A stretch of DNA of 63,209 nucleotides, the filler included, from Desulfonatronovibrionaceae bacterium (GTDB lineage Bacteria > Desulfobacterota > Desulfovibrionia > Desulfovibrionales > Desulfonatronovibrionaceae): assembly GCA_046539845.1 (NCBI GenBank). It is 5 parts of 5 records of this genome, joined end to end, with 100 filler letters (N's around TTAATTAATTAA, not from the genome) between each part and the next. Parts side by side here need not be neighbours in the genome. Positions count along the whole stretch, not along the records: positions 54,904 to 63,209 come from JBKHGE010000063.1; 4 more parts are not named here. One strand, 5' to 3'. This document shows, piece by piece, positions 60,035 through 63,209 of the stretch (positions are counted from its first letter, which is position 1; each line of letters starts with the position of its first letter). The position numbers were made by a program, and so were the translations under genes. The notes below the pieces were generated by a model. It was given only the letters and a program-made list of their open reading frames with translations, had not been told where the DNA came from and ran no database searches.

Positions 60035-60592
60035 ATGCGCAGGTATCTAAAACCGATCCTGTTTATTGCGCTTGGACTTTTGCTAGCCTTTCCCCTGTTC
60101 AGTATGACCTATTACACCATGGTCCGAACCTCCTCCCCGCAGTTCTGCTCCTCCTGCCATGAGATCGAAGACGCCTACGACACCTGGAAAACATCCTCGC
60201 ACGCCAACAATCCCAAGGGGTTTGTTGCCGACTGTATGGACTGCCATCTGCCCGCTCCGCACAACACTTTTGAATTCTTCTATTCCAAAACATACCACGG
60301 ACTAAAGGACATTATAAAACACTTTACCATGGATACCTCCAAATACGATCACGCCAAGAACAGGCAAAAGGCATACGAAAGCTTTAAAAACGAGCAATGC
60401 CGCAAATGCCATCGAAATCTCCTGGAGATGCCCTACAAGAGGGGGGCAATGCTGGCCCATAAAAAGGTGCTCTATCCCGGTGAGGGCTCGAAAAAAAAAT
60501 GCGTGGACTGCCATAATCATCTGGTCCATTTCCCAAAAGAGACATACACCTATGAACAAAGCGTCCGGGACCCGAAATCGTCCGGTCTGTAA
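60035..60592 (+). CDS. NapC/NirT-family tetraheme cytochrome c
   Basis: N-terminal TM; four CxxCH (CSSCH, CMDCH, CRKCH, CVDCH). Confidence 0.92.
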   Translation: MRRYLKPILFIALGLLLAFPLFSMTYYTMVRTSSPQFCSSCHEIEDAYDTWKTSSHANNPKGFVADCMDCHLPAPHNTFEFFYSKTYHGLKDIIKHFTMDTSKYDHAKNRQKAYESFKNEQCRKCHRNLLEMPYKRGAMLAHKKVLYPGEGSKKKCVDCHNHLVHFPKETYTYEQSVRDPKSSGL

Positions 60593-60627
60593 CTGAAACG
60601 CAAAATCGCCTTAAAAGGAGGTATACC

Positions 60628-62019
60628 ATGCGCGCTAAAGACTGCTTGGCGGTATTAATCGCCGGTTTTTTTCTAATCCTGGCGGCTCGCCAGGCCGAGG
60701 CCGAACGCCAGCCGGACATGGACAAACAAAAGGAATTTAGGATTGAACGGGGTATGTCCAAGGAGGCCCGGGCGTGCATCCAATGCCATAAACAGGAGAA
60801 CCCGGCCCTTTTTGTGGACTGGGCCAATAGCGGGCATGCCTCCTCGAACATCACCTGTCTGGACTGCCACCAGGCGGAGAAGCACGACAAGGACGTTTCC
60901 AAAAAGCACTTTGAGCAGTATAAGAGGTCGGACAACAAATGGGGCACCCAGGAGTACCGAACCCCGATTTCCGCAGTGGTCACGCCCAAGGACTGTTCCC
61001 GCTGCCACCCGGACGAAGCCGAACAATACGCCAAGAGCAAGCACGCCAACACCCTGGAGATTATCTGGAAAATCGACCCTTGGCTGAACGACGGGATGAA
61101 CTCGGACTGGGAAAGGACCTCCGGCTGCTACTACTGCCACGGGACGATCCTGAAAAAGGACAAGGACGGCAACCTGGATCCGCAGACCTGGCCCAATACC
61201 GGGGTTGGCCGCCTGAACCTGGACGGCAGCAAGGGCAGCTGCACTTCCTGCCATACCAGACACGAATTCTCTGTAGAGGAGGCCAGAAAACCTGAAGCCT
61301 GCGGGCAGTGCCATCTCGGACCAGACCACCCCCAGATCGAGATATACACTGAGTCCAAACACGGGGCTATTTATGATATGTCCGGAGACAATTACAATTG
61401 GGACAGCGCCCCCGGCACCTGGACCCCGGGAGTGGACTACCGGGCCCCGACCTGCGCCTCCTGCCACATGTCCGGGGTCTCCGATCTGCAGACCACACAT
61501 GACGTGACCAGGCGCCTCTCCTGGGAGATCCAGGCCCCGCTCACGGTCCGCCCGTCAGAGTTCACCGCCTTTCCTGCGGACACAAACTGGAAAGAAGAAC
61601 GTGAGGACATGAAGACTGTTTGTCTGCAGTGTCACGGGGACACCTGGGTGGATGACCACTATGCCAAGCTGGACAAAAGCGTGCAGGAATACAACGAAGT
61701 GTATTACAAGCCGGCTAAAAAGATGCTGGACAAGTTATATGACAAGGGGCTTTTGGATGACTCCAAATTCTTTGACGAGAAATTGGAGGTGGAGTTCTAT
61801 GAGCTATGGCATCACGAGGGCAGGCGGGCCAGAATGGGAACAGCCATGATGGCCCCGGATTATTCCTGGTGGCACGGCTTCTACGAATGCAAAAACCGCT
61901 TCAACGAATTCATGGCCGAGGCCAAGCACCTGCTCAAGACCGGGGAAAAGGCGCATAAATACGAGGGCTTCCCCAATGCGGACGGGAATACCACAAGGCC
62001 TCCGGAACTGTTTGAATAA
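60628..62019 (+). CDS. Octaheme hydroxylamine-oxidoreductase-family cytochrome c (epsilon-Hao-like)
   Basis: Signal peptide; eight CxxCH; CHTRHEFS, CHLGPDHPQIEIY, APDYSWWHGFYE. Confidence 0.88.
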   Translation: MRAKDCLAVLIAGFFLILAARQAEAERQPDMDKQKEFRIERGMSKEARACIQCHKQENPALFVDWANSGHASSNITCLDCHQAEKHDKDVSKKHFEQYKRSDNKWGTQEYRTPISAVVTPKDCSRCHPDEAEQYAKSKHANTLEIIWKIDPWLNDGMNSDWERTSGCYYCHGTILKKDKDGNLDPQTWPNTGVGRLNLDGSKGSCTSCHTRHEFSVEEARKPEACGQCHLGPDHPQIEIYTESKHGAIYDMSGDNYNWDSAPGTWTPGVDYRAPTCASCHMSGVSDLQTTHDVTRRLSWEIQAPLTVRPSEFTAFPADTNWKEEREDMKTVCLQCHGDTWVDDHYAKLDKSVQEYNEVYYKPAKKMLDKLYDKGLLDDSKFFDEKLEVEFYELWHHEGRRARMGTAMMAPDYSWWHGFYECKNRFNEFMAEAKHLLKTGEKAHKYEGFPNADGNTTRPPELFE

Positions 62020-62033
62020 AAAAACACGGCAAC

Positions 62034-62075
62034 AAAAAAATGCCCATCCCCGGCAAACCGGGGATGGGCATTTTT
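62034..62075. terminator. Bidirectional terminator
   Basis: A7-TGCCCATCCCCGG-CAAA-CCGGGGATGGGCA-T5. Confidence 0.88.
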
Positions 62076-62076
62076 A

Positions 62077-62403
62077 TTAAAAAACAAAATAGCGCAGAAA
62101 GGCTACCACCCCCATCCCGGCCAGAATAGATCCAACAAAGCTGCCGGTGATCCGGGCCAGGGCTAGAGTAAAAAGCGAGGCCCAGACAAAGGGATTGGCC
62201 GCACTTACGTTCAGCTCTCCATTTTCCACCAAAATGGCCGGGGCTAGAAGCGCGGCCAGAACCGAGGCCGGAACCAGCTCCAGCCACCGGACCAGCCAGG
62301 GGGCGAGGGATCGGGAGGAAAGAGTGGCTATGGGCAATACCCGGGGGATATAAGTAACCACCACCATCCCCACTATGGTCCAGAATACTACCTTTTGATC
62401 CAT
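62077..62403 (-). CDS. azlD: AzlD-family branched-chain amino acid exporter small subunit
   Basis: GMVVVTYIPRVLP, LELVPASVLAAL. Confidence 0.85.
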   Translation of the reverse strand: MDQKVVFWTIVGMVVVTYIPRVLPIATLSSRSLAPWLVRWLELVPASVLAALLAPAILVENGELNVSAANPFVWASLFTLALARITGSFVGSILAGMGVVAFLRYFVF

Positions 62404-63092
62404 TGCATGATTCCCAGGCCAAGACTGGCGGCCAGCAAAGTGGCCAAAAGAACACTCAACTGCCCTGCCCCAAGCAGAATAAAAGCAATCGAACTCACTG
62501 CGGCCAAAGTAGCGGTCAAGAATTTAACAAAAGAATCCAGCTGCCAAACCAAAAGGACCGCGAACATGGCCGGCAAAGCAAAATCCAAACCAATGGGTTT
62601 TACGTCCGTTACCAGGGACCCGGCCACAAGCCCGAGAGCAGACCCGGCAATCCAGGCACTTTGGGCTATCGCATTGACTGTAAAAACTTCCGGTCTGTAC
62701 ACCCCTTTTTGGGAAAAACTGCGCATATGCAGAGCAAAAGTCTCATCGGTGAGCTGGAAGGCAAACCAGTATTTCTGCACCCGAGTCCAGCCCTTGAGAT
62801 AAGGGGCCAGAGCCGCAGACATAAGGAGGTGGCGCAGATTGACAATAAAAGTGGTCAAAATAACCGTGGCCGGGCCCACGCCGGAGGCAAAAAGGCCCAC
62901 AGCAACCAGCTGGGCGGAACCGGCAAAGACAATTACGGACATAAACACGGTATTGAAATCGGACAGACCGCTCTTCTGGGCCAAGACCCCGTAGGCAAAG
63001 CCCACCGAAAGATAGCCGAGGATGACCGGGAGGGTCCTATAAAAGGCGCGGATAAATGTGTCTAGGCTGTCTGCATCCGTTTTCTTATCCAC
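62388..63092 (-). CDS. azlC: AzlC-family branched-chain amino acid exporter
   Basis: FAGSAQL, VNLRHLLM, LTDETFA, LDFALPAMF. Confidence 0.9.
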   Translation of the reverse strand: MDKKTDADSLDTFIRAFYRTLPVILGYLSVGFAYGVLAQKSGLSDFNTVFMSVIVFAGSAQLVAVGLFASGVGPATVILTTFIVNLRHLLMSAALAPYLKGWTRVQKYWFAFQLTDETFALHMRSFSQKGVYRPEVFTVNAIAQSAWIAGSALGLVAGSLVTDVKPIGLDFALPAMFAVLLVWQLDSFVKFLTATLAAVSSIAFILLGAGQLSVLLATLLAASLGLGIMQWIKR

Positions 63093-63165
63093 CGTCTAGT
63101 TGTCCTTGATAAGTACATAGATATAGGCAAAGGGCAGCAACTTGAGGCAAATACATAAAAAAAGT

Positions 63166-63209
63166 CCTGGCGACGACCTACTTTCCCGCTCTTAGAAGAG
63201 AAGTATCAT
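63166..63209 (-). rRNA. rrf: 5S rRNA, 3' part only (truncated by window end)
   Basis: Minus strand ...GATACT...GGGAAAGTAGGTCGTCGCCAGG, the conserved 5S 3' half. Confidence 0.85.

Overview
This window is draft or MAG sequence from a sulfate-reducing Desulfovibrionales-type bacterium; a Desulfohalobiaceae-like assignment is inference. It is five contigs joined by artificial 100-nt linkers (N44-TTAATTAATTAA-N44 at 14148, 27945, 41711 and 54804), so gene order across linkers is not biological evidence. Contig 1: tRNA-Pro, suhB, the sulfate-reduction core (sat, a small unknown ORF, aprBA, qmoABC) with Rex-like operators, and livKHM. Contig 2: accessory signalling, stress and membrane genes. Contig 3: housekeeping genes gatB-mtnA-thi4-der-ilvE-dnaX-ybaB-recR, an orphan oxidoreductase gamma subunit, recD2 and glnS; dnaX has an A10 slippage site. 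Contig 4: a pgl-type N-glycosylation locus (three GT4 enzymes, GNAT-like protein, sulfotransferase, PglC, PglB/STT3, PglE, PglF). Contig 5: an HcpR/Hcp nitrosative-stress module, a NapC-type cytochrome, an octaheme Hao-like cytochrome, azlCD and the 3' end of a 5S rRNA. The most unusual signal is in contig 4. Seven copies of a rigidly spaced heptamer triplet (7-2-7-3-7, consensus CGCGAAT/CGCTGAT) sit at gene junctions in both orientations and bracket a Phd-VapC module and an ORF-less mini-element, like cassette boundaries.
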